Positions 17,830-26,292 of a stretch of DNA of 45,184 bases are shown here, piece by piece. Source of the DNA: Myxococcota bacterium (lineage in GTDB: Bacteria > Myxococcota_A > UBA9160 > PR03); contig JBFIML010000036.1 in assembly GCA_041611735.1 (NCBI GenBank), forward strand, positions 1 through 45,184, written 5' to 3'. Within the stretch, counting starts at the first letter, position 1. Every line of letters begins with the position of its first letter. The notes below the pieces were generated by a model. It made no database searches. It was not told the origin of the DNA and saw only the letters and a program-made list of their open reading frames with translations. The position numbers were made by a program, and so were the translations under genes.

Positions 17830-19599
17830 GTGGCGCATCCCGCGGACGAGCCCCGTACGATCCGTGTCCTCCTGGTCGAGGACGACCAGGCGGACACGAA
17901 GCGCATCCGCCGCCTGCTCGCCTCCTCCGAGGGCGTGCGCTTCCGGGTCACCCACGCCGTGCGCGTCGAGGACGCGCTGCGCCTGCTGCGCGACGGCGAG
18001 TACCACGTGGTGCTGCTCGACTTGACGCTCTCGGAGACCGAGGGCCTCGACACCCTGGCCCGCGCCAAGGTGGCGGCGGCGAGCGTCCCGGTGGTGGTGA
18101 TGACCAGCGTGGACGACGAGTCCCTGGCCCTCCAGGCCCTGCGGCTCGGCGCCCAGGACTACCTGGCCAAGGGGGAGTCCGACTCGCGCTTCCTGGTGCG
18201 GACCCTGCGCCATGCCGTGGAGCGCCACCGCATGTTGATCGAGCTGCGGGTCTCGCGGGAACGCGAGCACTTCCTGGCCACCCACGACAGCCTGACCGGG
18301 CTCCCCAACCGCCACGCGCTCCAGGAGCAGCTGCGCCGCTCCGTGGCCTTCGCGGGCCGCAACGCCCGCCACGTGGCGGTCCTGTTCCTGGACCTGGACC
18401 GCTTCAAGGGCATCAATGACAGCCTGGGTCACCCGGCCGGCGACGTGCTGCTCAAGGCCGCCGGGGAGCGGCTGGAGGCGAACGTACGCAAGAGCGACCT
18501 GGTGGCCCGACTCGGGGGCGACGAGTTCGTGGTCCTGCTCCAGGGCCTGGAGCGGGAGTACGCGCCCGCCAAGGTGGCGGGCAAGATCCTCGAATCCCTG
18601 GCCCGGCCCTACTCCCTGGAAGATCGCGAGTACTGGGTCACCGGGAGCATCGGCATCGCCATCTTCCCGCGCGACGGGACGGACCCGGACACGCTGCTGC
18701 GCAACGCAGACACGGCCATGTACGTGGCCAAGCGCAAGGGCCCGAACCGCTACCACTTCTACGCAGACCGCATGAACGAGGTGGCCGCGGAGCGGCTGTC
18801 GCTGGAGAGCGACCTGCGCGCGGCGGTGGAGCGGGGCGCCTTCGAGATCCACTACCAGCCCCAGGTGGACGTGGGGCTCGGCTTCCCCTTCGGCGCCGAG
18901 GCGTTGATCCGCTGGCGGCACGGCGGCCGGGGGCTCGTGTCCCCGTCGGCCTTCATCCCTTTGGCGGAGGAGACGGGACTGATCGAGGCGATCGGCGAGT
19001 GGGTGCTGCGCAGCGCCTGCCAGGACGCGATGAGCTGGCCCGCGGCCCCCGATGGCCGGCGGCTGCGCGTCTCGGTGAACGTCTCGAGCCGTCAGCTGAC
19101 CCAGACGGGCTTCGCGGACCTGGTGGCGCGCAGCCTGCGCGAGACGGGACTCGCGCCGGACTGTCTCGAGCTCGAGCTCACCGAGCACAGCGTCCTCGAG
19201 GAGCGCGGCGTCACCCTGGCGAACCTCGCCGCGGTCCGGAAGCTCGGCGTGCACGTGGCCATCGACGACTTCGGCACCGGCTACTCGTCCCTGGCGGCCC
19301 TGCGTCGCCTGCCCGTGGACGGCCTCAAGATCGATCGCTCCTTCGTCCGGGACGTGGCGTACGACGCAGCCGAGGGACACACGACCAGCGGTCTGATCCA
19401 GATCGCCCGGGGCCGCGGCCTCGACGTGGTGGCCGAGGGGGTCGAGACGCGCGAGCAGCTCGACTTCCTGTTCGCCCACGGCTGCCACCGCATGCAGGGC
19501 TTCCTGTTCGGGAAGCCGGTGGCGACGGCCGAGCTCGTGGCGGAGCTCGGCGCCGGGGCCGACGCCTGGCGCGAGCGCATCCTGGAGCCGGCGGGCTGA
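17830..19599 (+). CDS. Response regulator REC-GGDEF-EAL (c-di-GMP cyclase/phosphodiesterase)
   Basis: REC domain (VEDD, LLDL, DYLAK), GGDEF domain (HDSLTGLPNR, RKSD I-site, RLGGDEF) and EAL domain (AEALIRW, DDFGTGYSSL, VAEGVET, QGF). CAGGAG RBS. Confidence 0.95.
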   Translation: MAHPADEPRTIRVLLVEDDQADTKRIRRLLASSEGVRFRVTHAVRVEDALRLLRDGEYHVVLLDLTLSETEGLDTLARAKVAAASVPVVVMTSVDDESLALQALRLGAQDYLAKGESDSRFLVRTLRHAVERHRMLIELRVSREREHFLATHDSLTGLPNRHALQEQLRRSVAFAGRNARHVAVLFLDLDRFKGINDSLGHPAGDVLLKAAGERLEANVRKSDLVARLGGDEFVVLLQGLEREYAPAKVAGKILESLARPYSLEDREYWVTGSIGIAIFPRDGTDPDTLLRNADTAMYVAKRKGPNRYHFYADRMNEVAAERLSLESDLRAAVERGAFEIHYQPQVDVGLGFPFGAEALIRWRHGGRGLVSPSAFIPLAEETGLIEAIGEWVLRSACQDAMSWPAAPDGRRLRVSVNVSSRQLTQTGFADLVARSLRETGLAPDCLELELTEHSVLEERGVTLANLAAVRKLGVHVAIDDFGTGYSSLAALRRLPVDGLKIDRSFVRDVAYDAAEGHTTSGLIQIARGRGLDVVAEGVETREQLDFLFAHGCHRMQGFLFGKPVATAELVAELGAGADAWRERILEPAG

Positions 19600-19637
19600 G
19601 CCTCAAGCCCGGCTCCCGTCGCGCCGAGACCTCGGCC

Positions 19638-19859
19638 ATGACCGAGGCGAGCCGACCCGCCCTGCGCCTCCCGGGCGTGCCCGTCGAGCCGTGGGTGCGC
19701 CGACTGCGCACGGCTCGCGAGCGGGCCGAGGCGGAGCTGCTCGCCGCCTGGGACGGCCTCCCCATGGGCCGCGGCGGCGCGCTCCGCTTCCGCAAGTGGC
19801 TCGGGTGGAAGCTCTTCCACGCCGCCGCCCGGGTCAATCCGGACGTGGCCGACGCCTAG
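19638..19859 (+). CDS. Small hypothetical protein (73 aa)
   Basis: ATG-started ORF with GC3-rich codons that fills the gap between genes. Its stop overlaps the convergent MFS stop (CTAG). Confidence 0.5.
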   Translation: MTEASRPALRLPGVPVEPWVRRLRTARERAEAELLAAWDGLPMGRGGALRFRKWLGWKLFHAAARVNPDVADA

Positions 19860-21256
19860 GCCCGCCGGCCGTTCCGCGCCCGGCCCACGGCCGTGGCGGC
19901 GAGCACCGCTCGCTCCGGGTAGAAGGCGAACAGCCCCGTGGCGAGCAGGCACGCCACGCCGGCCACCGGACCCACCAGCCGCACGCCCAGGGCGTCGCCC
20001 GGGCTGGCGCCGAAGCGCGCGAAGAGGAAGGCGAGCAGCGCCGTCGCCGCGCCGTAGATCCACTTGGTGAGCAGCCCCTGCACCCCGAAGTAGATGGCGG
20101 CGCGCTTGGCTCCGGTGCGCAGCTCATCGAGATCGATGAGCTGGCTGATCATGACCTGGGGCAGGATCAGGAAGCCGGCGATCGGCACCCCCATCAGGGC
20201 CAGGGAGAAGACGATGATGGCCAGGTTGCGGCCGTCGTGGGGTCCCCCGGGAGCGTCGGGCACCAGGGTCCCCAGGGCGAGCAGCGCCAGGGCGAAGACC
20301 GCCACGCACGCCACCATGGCGCGCTTGGCGCCGAGACGCTGCGCCAGGGGATTCACCAGGCCGAAGCCCGCAAAGGTGGCCACGACCGTCACCAGGCCGA
20401 GCGTCCCGGCGAAGCCCTCGGAGCGGCCCAGCACCGCCACCGCCAGGTAGGGCAACGCGGGCTGCACCATGTTGACCCCGAGCACGAAGAGCATCTGGGC
20501 CAGCAGGTAGAGGCGAAAGGGACGGTTGCGAAGCGTCTCGGCCAGGGCCCGCCCGAAGGGCAGGTCGGCGCGCGCGCCCCGGGCGAAGCGGCGCTCGTCC
20601 ACGGCCAGCACCGGGAAGGCGAGCAGCACGAGAGCGAGCAGCGAGGAGACCACCACCAGGGCGCGCAGGGCGTCCGGGGGCGCGAGTCCGGCGCGCAGTC
20701 CCAGCTCGTAGCCCCAGGTCCAGGCGGAGCCGTAGAGCCCGAGCACCGGGAAGCCGAGCAGGGCCAGCAGCGTGGCGAGGCGTACGCGCTCGCGATGGTC
20801 CCAGGCGAGCTCCGGGATGAGGGCCAGGTAGGGCGCCACGTACACGGTGAAGAAGAGGAAGTAGAGGGCTAGCAGGCCGACGAGCCAGGCCACGTTGAGG
20901 GGGCTGCCGGGCGCCCCGGGCGGCCAGAAGAGGCCGACCGGCAGGGCTGCCAGCGGGAGGAGGCCCACCAGCAGGAAGATCCGCCGGCGCCCGATCCGCG
21001 CCCGGGAGCGGTCGGAGGCGTGGCCCACGAAGGGGTCGGCGAACGAGTCCACGGCGCGGCCCACCAGCATGGCCGCGCCGAAGGCGGTCAGGATGCCCAG
21101 GAAGATCCGCTCCGGAACCTGGGCCACCAGGCCGCGTCCCGCCGGCGGCAGGTAGAAGTAGAGGGCGATGTTGACGACGATGCGCTCGGTGATCTGGTAG
21201 CCGGGCGCGCCGAGGCCGTAGAGGAGGCGCCGGGCGGGGGGCAGCCGTTCGGACAT
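19856..21256 (-). CDS. MFS transporter, GPH/MelB-like (MFS_2)
   Basis: Motifs DSFADPFVGHASDR, GRRRIF, PYLALIPEL and DELRTGAKRAAIYFG, with about 12 TM. Confidence 0.9.
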   Translation of the reverse strand: MSERLPPARRLLYGLGAPGYQITERIVVNIALYFYLPPAGRGLVAQVPERIFLGILTAFGAAMLVGRAVDSFADPFVGHASDRSRARIGRRRIFLLVGLLPLAALPVGLFWPPGAPGSPLNVAWLVGLLALYFLFFTVYVAPYLALIPELAWDHRERVRLATLLALLGFPVLGLYGSAWTWGYELGLRAGLAPPDALRALVVVSSLLALVLLAFPVLAVDERRFARGARADLPFGRALAETLRNRPFRLYLLAQMLFVLGVNMVQPALPYLAVAVLGRSEGFAGTLGLVTVVATFAGFGLVNPLAQRLGAKRAMVACVAVFALALLALGTLVPDAPGGPHDGRNLAIIVFSLALMGVPIAGFLILPQVMISQLIDLDELRTGAKRAAIYFGVQGLLTKWIYGAATALLAFLFARFGASPGDALGVRLVGPVAGVACLLATGLFAFYPERAVLAATAVGRARNGRRA

Positions 21257-21289
21257 GGCGGGCGCGCCACCTCGCGTCGAGAGCGGCTC

Positions 21290-21318
21290 ACCTTGGGCGA
21301 GCCCCCGCCCCGCGTCAA
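21290..21318 (-). promoter_or_regulatory. Putative sigma70 promoter for the MFS gene
   Basis: Minus strand TTGACG-N17-CAAGGT. Confidence 0.35.
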
Positions 21319-21344
21319 CCCGCCTCGCCGGAGGCCAGAAGAAG

Positions 21345-21376
21345 AGATCCCGGAGCCGTCACCGGCTCCGGGATCT
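21345..21376 (-). terminator. Probable intrinsic terminator of the ECF operon
   Basis: Perfect 14-bp stem AGATCCCGGAGCCG/CGGCTCCGGGATCT with a 4-nt loop, followed on the minus strand by CTTCTTCT. Confidence 0.7.
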
Positions 21377-21386
21377 TCCCTGGGAA

Positions 21387-21465
21387 GGGGATGTCACGCA
21401 TCTGTCGAGGGCCAGGTGGCCTGGACGAGCCGCAGGTGGCACGGCGAGCCCCGGCCCGCATCCCC
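21387..21465. other. Structured/repeated element in the ECF operon 3' region
   Basis: GGGGATG...CATCCCC encloses two copies of CAGGTGGC-N4/5-CGAGCC (21413-21431 and 21433-21450). Confidence 0.35.
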
Positions 21466-21490
21466 GTGGGGCATGCCTCCTAGAAGGGCT

Positions 21491-21931
21491 CTAGTAGCGC
21501 GGCTCCAGGGTGACCACGAGCTTGCCACCCTCGTAGCTCTGGGCCCCGATGTCCACGGCGCGCCCGTTCTCCACGCGCAGGTCCGTCTGGAGGATGCCCT
21601 CCACGTCCACGGCGATGAGCACCCCCCGGTCGCCCACGTGAAGGGGGCGCACCCGCACCCAGCGGTTGGTGGGCAGCTTGAGGCTTCCCACCTCGTCCAG
21701 GCGCAGGTTCATGCGCCGGCGCTCCAGAACGCGCAGGCTCTCGTAGCGAAACTCGTCGCGCAGCCGCTTGTGGATGTCGGCGGCTTTCGGGTCGATGGCC
21801 CCCGGGCTCTTGGAGAGGTGGGTCACGGTGACGGTCAGCGCAACCCGGTCCGCCTCGGCGTAGGCCACCCCGGCCGCGAACGCGACGACCAGGGCCAGGA
21901 GCCCGAGCCGGATGCCCCTAAGCGACGCCAC
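21491..21931 (-). CDS. Hypothetical periplasmic protein co-transcribed with ECF/anti-sigma
   Basis: Signal peptide ending AYA, then a beta-rich domain. It overlaps the 3' end of the anti-sigma gene. Confidence 0.75.
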   Translation of the reverse strand: MASLRGIRLGLLALVVAFAAGVAYAEADRVALTVTVTHLSKSPGAIDPKAADIHKRLRDEFRYESLRVLERRRMNLRLDEVGSLKLPTNRWVRVRPLHVGDRGVLIAVDVEGILQTDLRVENGRAVDIGAQSYEGGKLVVTLEPRY

Positions 21932-22421
21932 GTGGACCTCCCTGGGCCCGGTCCTCGGGACCCGGGTCCATCACCCAGATGATGGTGACGTGATCGGCCC
22001 GTTCGAGTACCACGACCGACTGGCCGGGGGAATAGAGGGATCGCACCACACCCCCCGACGGCGGTCCCGGCTGGAGCCAGACCAGGGCGGCCAGGGCGGC
22101 GGCCAGGGCGGTGGCCGTGGCGGCCCCGAGCGGAACCCACAGCCGCTGGCGCCAGCCGGCGGCCTGCGTCTCCGACGCCGCGGCCCGGCGGCGGGCGTCC
22201 GCCGCCGGAAGCGCCGCGGCAATGGCCGGCCAGAGGTCGGGCTCCGCCTGGGCTCCGGCGGCGGCGCGCACCCAGTCGCTCACGGCGCCGATGCGAGCCA
22301 GCTCCCCGCCGCACCCCGCGCAGCCCACCACGTGCCGCTGCACGCGCCAGCGGTCCAGGAGGCCGAGCTCACCGTCGCGATAGCCGTGCAGCAGCGGCTC
22401 CAGACGCTCGCACGCGCTCAT
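21918..22421 (-). CDS. Zinc-binding (zf-HC2) transmembrane anti-sigma factor
   Basis: C...YRDGEL...HVVGCAGC (HxxxCxxC), one TM helix and a short periplasmic tail. ATGA overlap with the sigma gene. Confidence 0.88.
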   Translation of the reverse strand: MSACERLEPLLHGYRDGELGLLDRWRVQRHVVGCAGCGGELARIGAVSDWVRAAAGAQAEPDLWPAIAAALPAADARRRAAASETQAAGWRQRLWVPLGAATATALAAALAALVWLQPGPPSGGVVRSLYSPGQSVVVLERADHVTIIWVMDPGPEDRAQGGPRGVA

Positions 22422-23086
22422 GATTCGCCTCCTCCGGCCCGGACCGCGTCCGGGCTCGTGATGCCGGCCTTGCGCAGCGTCTCCTGCACCCGCCTGCGGG
22501 CGTAGTGCAGGCGGCTCATGACCGTGCCCTTCGGGATGTCGAGCACCTGGGAGATCTCCGCGTAGCTCAGGCCCTGGACCTCGCGCAGGACCAGCGTTTC
22601 CCGGGCACCGTCCGGGAGCGCGTCGATGGCCGCGGCCACCACCTGACGCACCTGGCCGCGCTCCAGGGCGTCGGCCGGATCCTCCTGGTGGGAGCGCCAG
22701 CCGGCATCGCTCAGCACCCCGGCCTCGCTGGCGGCCCGCTCGAAGGCCCCGGGGTCCGGCAGGTCCACCTGCCTTCCGGGGCGCTCGCGCCGTCGCATGT
22801 CGAGGCAGAGGTTCATCACGAGCCGGTAGAGCCAGGTGTAGAAGCTCGAGCGGCCTTCGAATCGGCCGAGCCCGGTGTACACCTTGAGAAATGCTTCCTG
22901 GGTCGCATCGCGCGCCTGTTCCTCGTCGCGTAGGACACGAAGGGCCAGCCGGTACGCCCTTCCCTGATACCGCTCCACCAGCACGCGGAAGGCGTCGTGG
23001 TCCCCGTTGCGAGCCCGCTCGATCGCCGCCTCGTCCGGCAGCTCGCCGACGCGCTCCGGGCCCTGGACCCGAGGCCTGCTTGCGAT
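22418..23086 (-). CDS. ECF sigma factor (RpoE-like); start probably non-canonical ATC
   Basis: Region 2 (DATQEAFLKVY, FEGRSSFYTWLYRL) and region 4 (LREVQGLSYAEI, GTVMSRLHYAR). The conserved DEAAIERARNGDHDAF lies upstream of the first canonical start at 22984. Confidence 0.9.
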   Translation of the reverse strand: MASRPRVQGPERVGELPDEAAIERARNGDHDAFRVLVERYQGRAYRLALRVLRDEEQARDATQEAFLKVYTGLGRFEGRSSFYTWLYRLVMNLCLDMRRRERPGRQVDLPDPGAFERAASEAGVLSDAGWRSHQEDPADALERGQVRQVVAAAIDALPDGARETLVLREVQGLSYAEISQVLDIPKGTVMSRLHYARRRVQETLRKAGITSPDAVRAGGGES

Positions 23087-23123
23087 CGTCTCGGCTCCTC
23101 CCGGCCCGTCCGCATCCGTGGCG

Positions 23124-23153
23124 TTGGACGCCGGGGTCGGGGGCCCTATTCGC
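23124..23153 (-). promoter_or_regulatory. Candidate ECF autoregulatory promoter
   Basis: Minus strand GCGAAT-N17-CGTCCAA, resembling the ECF-type (G)AAC/T...CGT(C) pattern, between the polA stop and the sigma RBS. Confidence 0.4.
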
Positions 23154-23163
23154 CGCCGGGAGG

Positions 23164-25857
23164 TCAGTGGGCCTGCCTCCAGCTCCGCCCGCTGCCGAGC
23201 TCCACCAGGAGCGGCACCCGTAGCCGCCAGACCCCCTGCATGTGGCTGCGCACCAGCTCCCCGACGGGCCCCACCTCTGCCTCCGGCACCTCCAGGACCA
23301 GCTCGTCGTGGACCTGCAGGATCAGGCAGGCCCGGGACGCCTCCCGACGCAGCACCGCGTCCACCTCGACCATGGCCTTCTTGATCAGGTCGGCGGCGGT
23401 GCCCTGGATGACGCTGTTCACGGCCATGCGCTCCGCCGCCGCGCGCAGCACCCGGTTGCGGGAGCGCAGGTCGGGCAGGTAGCGGCGGCGCCCGAGCAGG
23501 GTCGCCACGTAGCCCCGCTCCCGGGCGCCGGCCACGGTCTCGTCCAGGAAGCGCCGCACGCCGCGGTAGCGTTCGAAGTAGGCCTGGATCATGGCGGCCG
23601 CGTCGGCACTGGCGATCCCGAGCTGGTTCGCGATCCCGAAGGCGCTCGAGCCGTAGAGGATGCCGAAGTTCACCGCCTTCGCCCGGGCGCGCTGGTCCGC
23701 GCCGACCGCCTCCGGAGCGATCCCCAGCACCTCGGCGGCGGTGCGCCGGTGGATGTCCTCGCCCGAGCCGAAGGCCTCGATCAGGCTCTCGTCGCCGGAG
23801 TAGTGCGCCAGGATGCGCAGCTCCACCTGGCTGTAGTCCGCCGAGACCAGCTGGCGCCCTTCGGCCGGCACGAAGGCCTCCCGGATGCGGACTCCCTCCT
23901 CGGTGCGGATCGGGATGTTCTGCACGTTCGGGCTCGAGGCCGAGAGCCGTCCCGTGGCGGCCCCGGTCTGGTGGAAGCAGGGGTGGATGCGGCCGCTCTT
24001 GGGGTCCACCAGGGGCGGCAGGGCATCCACGTAGGTGCTCTTGAGCTTGGCGAGGCGCCGGTGGGCGAGCACCCGCGCCGGCAGCTCGTGCTGGGCGGCG
24101 AGCTTCTCGAGCACCGACTCGTCGGTGGAGAAGCCGGTCTTGGTGCGGCGCAGCGCCGGAAGCTTCAGCTTTTCGAACAGGATGCGCTGGAGCTGCTTCG
24201 GCGAGGCCACCTGGAAGACCTCGCCCGCCAGGGCGTGGATCTCGCCTTCCAGGCGGGCGAGCTCGGACTCGTACTCCCGGGAGAGGGCGCCGAGCACCGC
24301 CTCGTCCACCCGCACGCCGGCCCGCTCCATGCGGGCGAGAACCCGCGTGAGCGGAAGCTCCACCTGGCGGTAGAGCGGTTCGAGGCCGTCGCCGGCCAGG
24401 CGCTGGTGCAGGCGGGGCGCGAGGCCGTGCAGCGCGCAGACCTCCTCCCCGGCCCAGCGCGCGGTCTCCTGCACGTCGAGCTCCGCGGCGGGCGTGGCCC
24501 GGGCGCCGCGTCCCGCCAGCTCCTCCCAGCTGCGCAGGGTCCGCCCCAGGTGCCGGGCGGCCAGGGCGGGGGTCCCGCGCGCAGCGGCCGGATCGATCAG
24601 GAAGGCCGCGATCTCTGCGTCCCAGGCGCAGGGCGCCGGCTCGACCCCCCGTTCGCCCAGGAAGATCTGGAGCGCCTTCGCGTCGCGCCCGCCGAAGGGC
24701 CGCGCGTGCGGCCCCGCCAGCAGGCGGCCGAGCTCGTTCACCACCGCCTCGACCCCCAACGTGGGCGGTGCCGCCAGACCCCGGTGGCCGAAGGGCACGT
24801 AGGCGGCGTGCGTATCGTCCAGGGCGAAAGCCACGCCCACCGGCTCCTGGCGCAGCACGCTCTCGCCGCCGCCCACCGGAATCAGGCTCACGGCCTCGGC
24901 GCGCGCCAGCCGCTCCACCAGGCGTCCCAGGGCGGCTGCGTCGGTCACCACCTCGGTCTCCACCGCCGTGGCCACCGCCGGGGCCGGCGTCGCGTCGAGC
25001 TCGGCCAGCAGGCGCGCGAACTCCAGGCGCCGCAACAGCGTCTCGAGCCGCGCCCGGTCCGGCTCGCGCGGCACCAGCTCACGCGGCTCCGCCGGCAGCG
25101 CCACTTCCGTGTGCAGCCTGGCCAGCTGCTTGGAGAGGCGCGCCTGCGCCTCCTGGGCGCCGAGCGCGGAGCGAGCGCGAGCGTTGCGGATCTCGTCCCG
25201 GTGGGCCAGGATCGCCTCGAGACTGCCCCACTGCTCCAGCAGCTGCGCGGCGCCCTTCTCGCCGATGCCCCGCACGCCCGGGATGTTGTCGCTCGGGTCG
25301 CCGGTCAGCGCGCGCAGGTCCAGCACCTGGGTCGGCGGAACCCCGAGACGGGCCTTCACGTCCGCGGGCCGGTAGCGACGGTCCTTCATGGTGTCGAGCA
25401 GGGAGACCCGGTCGCTCACCAGCTGCATCAGGTCCTTGTCCGTGGAGAGGATCGTCACCTTCCAGGAGGCCGGCGCCCGGGCGACGAGGGTCGCGATCAC
25501 GTCGTCCGCCTCCACGCCCGCCACCTCCAGCACCGGAATGCGGTAGGCATCGACGAGCGCGCGCACCACGGGGATCTGGGCGGAGAGCTCCTCGGGCTGG
25601 GCGTCGCGGGTGGCCTTGTAGTCAGCGTAGAGGTCGTGGCGGAAGCTGCGGCCCGGCGCATCGAAGACCACCACCAGGTGGTCCGGCGCCTCCTCCCGGA
25701 TCACCTTGTTGAGCATGTTGACGAAGCCCAGCACGGCGTGGGTGGGCTCGCCGGCGGAGTTGCGCAGCGGAGGCAGGGCGAAGAAGGCCCGGTAGATGCA
25801 GTTGGCCGCGTCGATCACCACCAGGTGGGACGAGGCGGCGGCGGCGGAATCCGACAC
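23164..25857 (-). CDS. polA: DNA polymerase I
   Basis: 5' nuclease (YKATRD, EADDVIAT, DKDLMQL, GDPSDNIPGV) and polymerase (TGRLSASSPNVQNIP, ADYSQVELR, KAVNFGILYG, LQVHDELV). Alternative start TTG 25869. Confidence 0.98.
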   Translation of the reverse strand: MSDSAAAASSHLVVIDAANCIYRAFFALPPLRNSAGEPTHAVLGFVNMLNKVIREEAPDHLVVVFDAPGRSFRHDLYADYKATRDAQPEELSAQIPVVRALVDAYRIPVLEVAGVEADDVIATLVARAPASWKVTILSTDKDLMQLVSDRVSLLDTMKDRRYRPADVKARLGVPPTQVLDLRALTGDPSDNIPGVRGIGEKGAAQLLEQWGSLEAILAHRDEIRNARARSALGAQEAQARLSKQLARLHTEVALPAEPRELVPREPDRARLETLLRRLEFARLLAELDATPAPAVATAVETEVVTDAAALGRLVERLARAEAVSLIPVGGGESVLRQEPVGVAFALDDTHAAYVPFGHRGLAAPPTLGVEAVVNELGRLLAGPHARPFGGRDAKALQIFLGERGVEPAPCAWDAEIAAFLIDPAAARGTPALAARHLGRTLRSWEELAGRGARATPAAELDVQETARWAGEEVCALHGLAPRLHQRLAGDGLEPLYRQVELPLTRVLARMERAGVRVDEAVLGALSREYESELARLEGEIHALAGEVFQVASPKQLQRILFEKLKLPALRRTKTGFSTDESVLEKLAAQHELPARVLAHRRLAKLKSTYVDALPPLVDPKSGRIHPCFHQTGAATGRLSASSPNVQNIPIRTEEGVRIREAFVPAEGRQLVSADYSQVELRILAHYSGDESLIEAFGSGEDIHRRTAAEVLGIAPEAVGADQRARAKAVNFGILYGSSAFGIANQLGIASADAAAMIQAYFERYRGVRRFLDETVAGARERGYVATLLGRRRYLPDLRSRNRVLRAAAERMAVNSVIQGTAADLIKKAMVEVDAVLRREASRACLILQVHDELVLEVPEAEVGPVGELVRSHMQGVWRLRVPLLVELGSGRSWRQAH

Positions 25858-25910
25858 GGGACGTTCCAAGGGGGTTCCGTTGCCCAGGGCGAGGGGGGGT
25901 TCGGGCCGGC

Positions 25911-25980
25911 AGGCTACGCCGCGCCTCCCGAGGGGTCAAGCAGCGACGCGTTGACCGCGGGGGGGCGCTGAACCTAGCCT
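25911..25980. promoter_or_regulatory. Back-to-back divergent sigma70 promoters with identical hexamers
   Basis: Minus strand: TTGACC(25939-25934)-N17-TAGCCT(25916-25911). Plus strand: TTGACC(25951-25956)-N18-TAGCCT(25975-25980), then 6 nt to ATG 25987. Confidence 0.65.
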
Positions 25981-25986
25981 GTGGGC

Positions 25987-26292
25987 ATGAACCCGGGTCC
26001 CGCGACGCGTGCGCCGCGAGCGGTGTTTCGTCCCCGATTCACGCTGATGGTGCTGTACGTGGCGGCATTCTCGCTGCTCTTCCTGTTCCTGCTGGTCGTG
26101 CCGGATCTCGTCGCGACGTTCCGCGAGGTGGTCGCCCGGCAGGGCGAGGTGCGGCCCGAGGACCAGGAGCGGTTCGCGCAGGTCGCCCGGCACTCGCTGG
26201 CCGGCCGCGTGCACTGGGCCCTGGGAGCGGCCGTGCTGGTGACCGGGCTCGGGATCTGGACCGAACGGCTGCCGGGGCTGCGGCGGCCCTAG
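25987..26292 (+). CDS. Small 2-TM hypothetical membrane protein
   Basis: Two hydrophobic helices, start positioned as leaderless, and a stop overlapping the TetR stop. Confidence 0.65.
   Translation: MNPGPATRAPRAVFRPRFTLMVLYVAAFSLLFLFLLVVPDLVATFREVVARQGEVRPEDQERFAQVARHSLAGRVHWALGAAVLVTGLGIWTERLPGLRRP

Noticed and set aside
21387..21465. tRNA-Ala-like acceptor stem GGGGATG/CATCCCC
   Set aside because: There is no D-loop or TTCGA T-loop on either strand.
21394..21481. Short minus-strand ORF after AGGAGG (MPHGDAG...)
   Set aside because: The SD-to-ATG spacing is only 1 nt, and the 26-aa product has no features.
16693..26292. Repeated CTAG at convergent gene ends (16693, 19856, 26289) as possible insertion scars
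   Set aside because: These are explained by two overlapping TAG stops of convergent genes.
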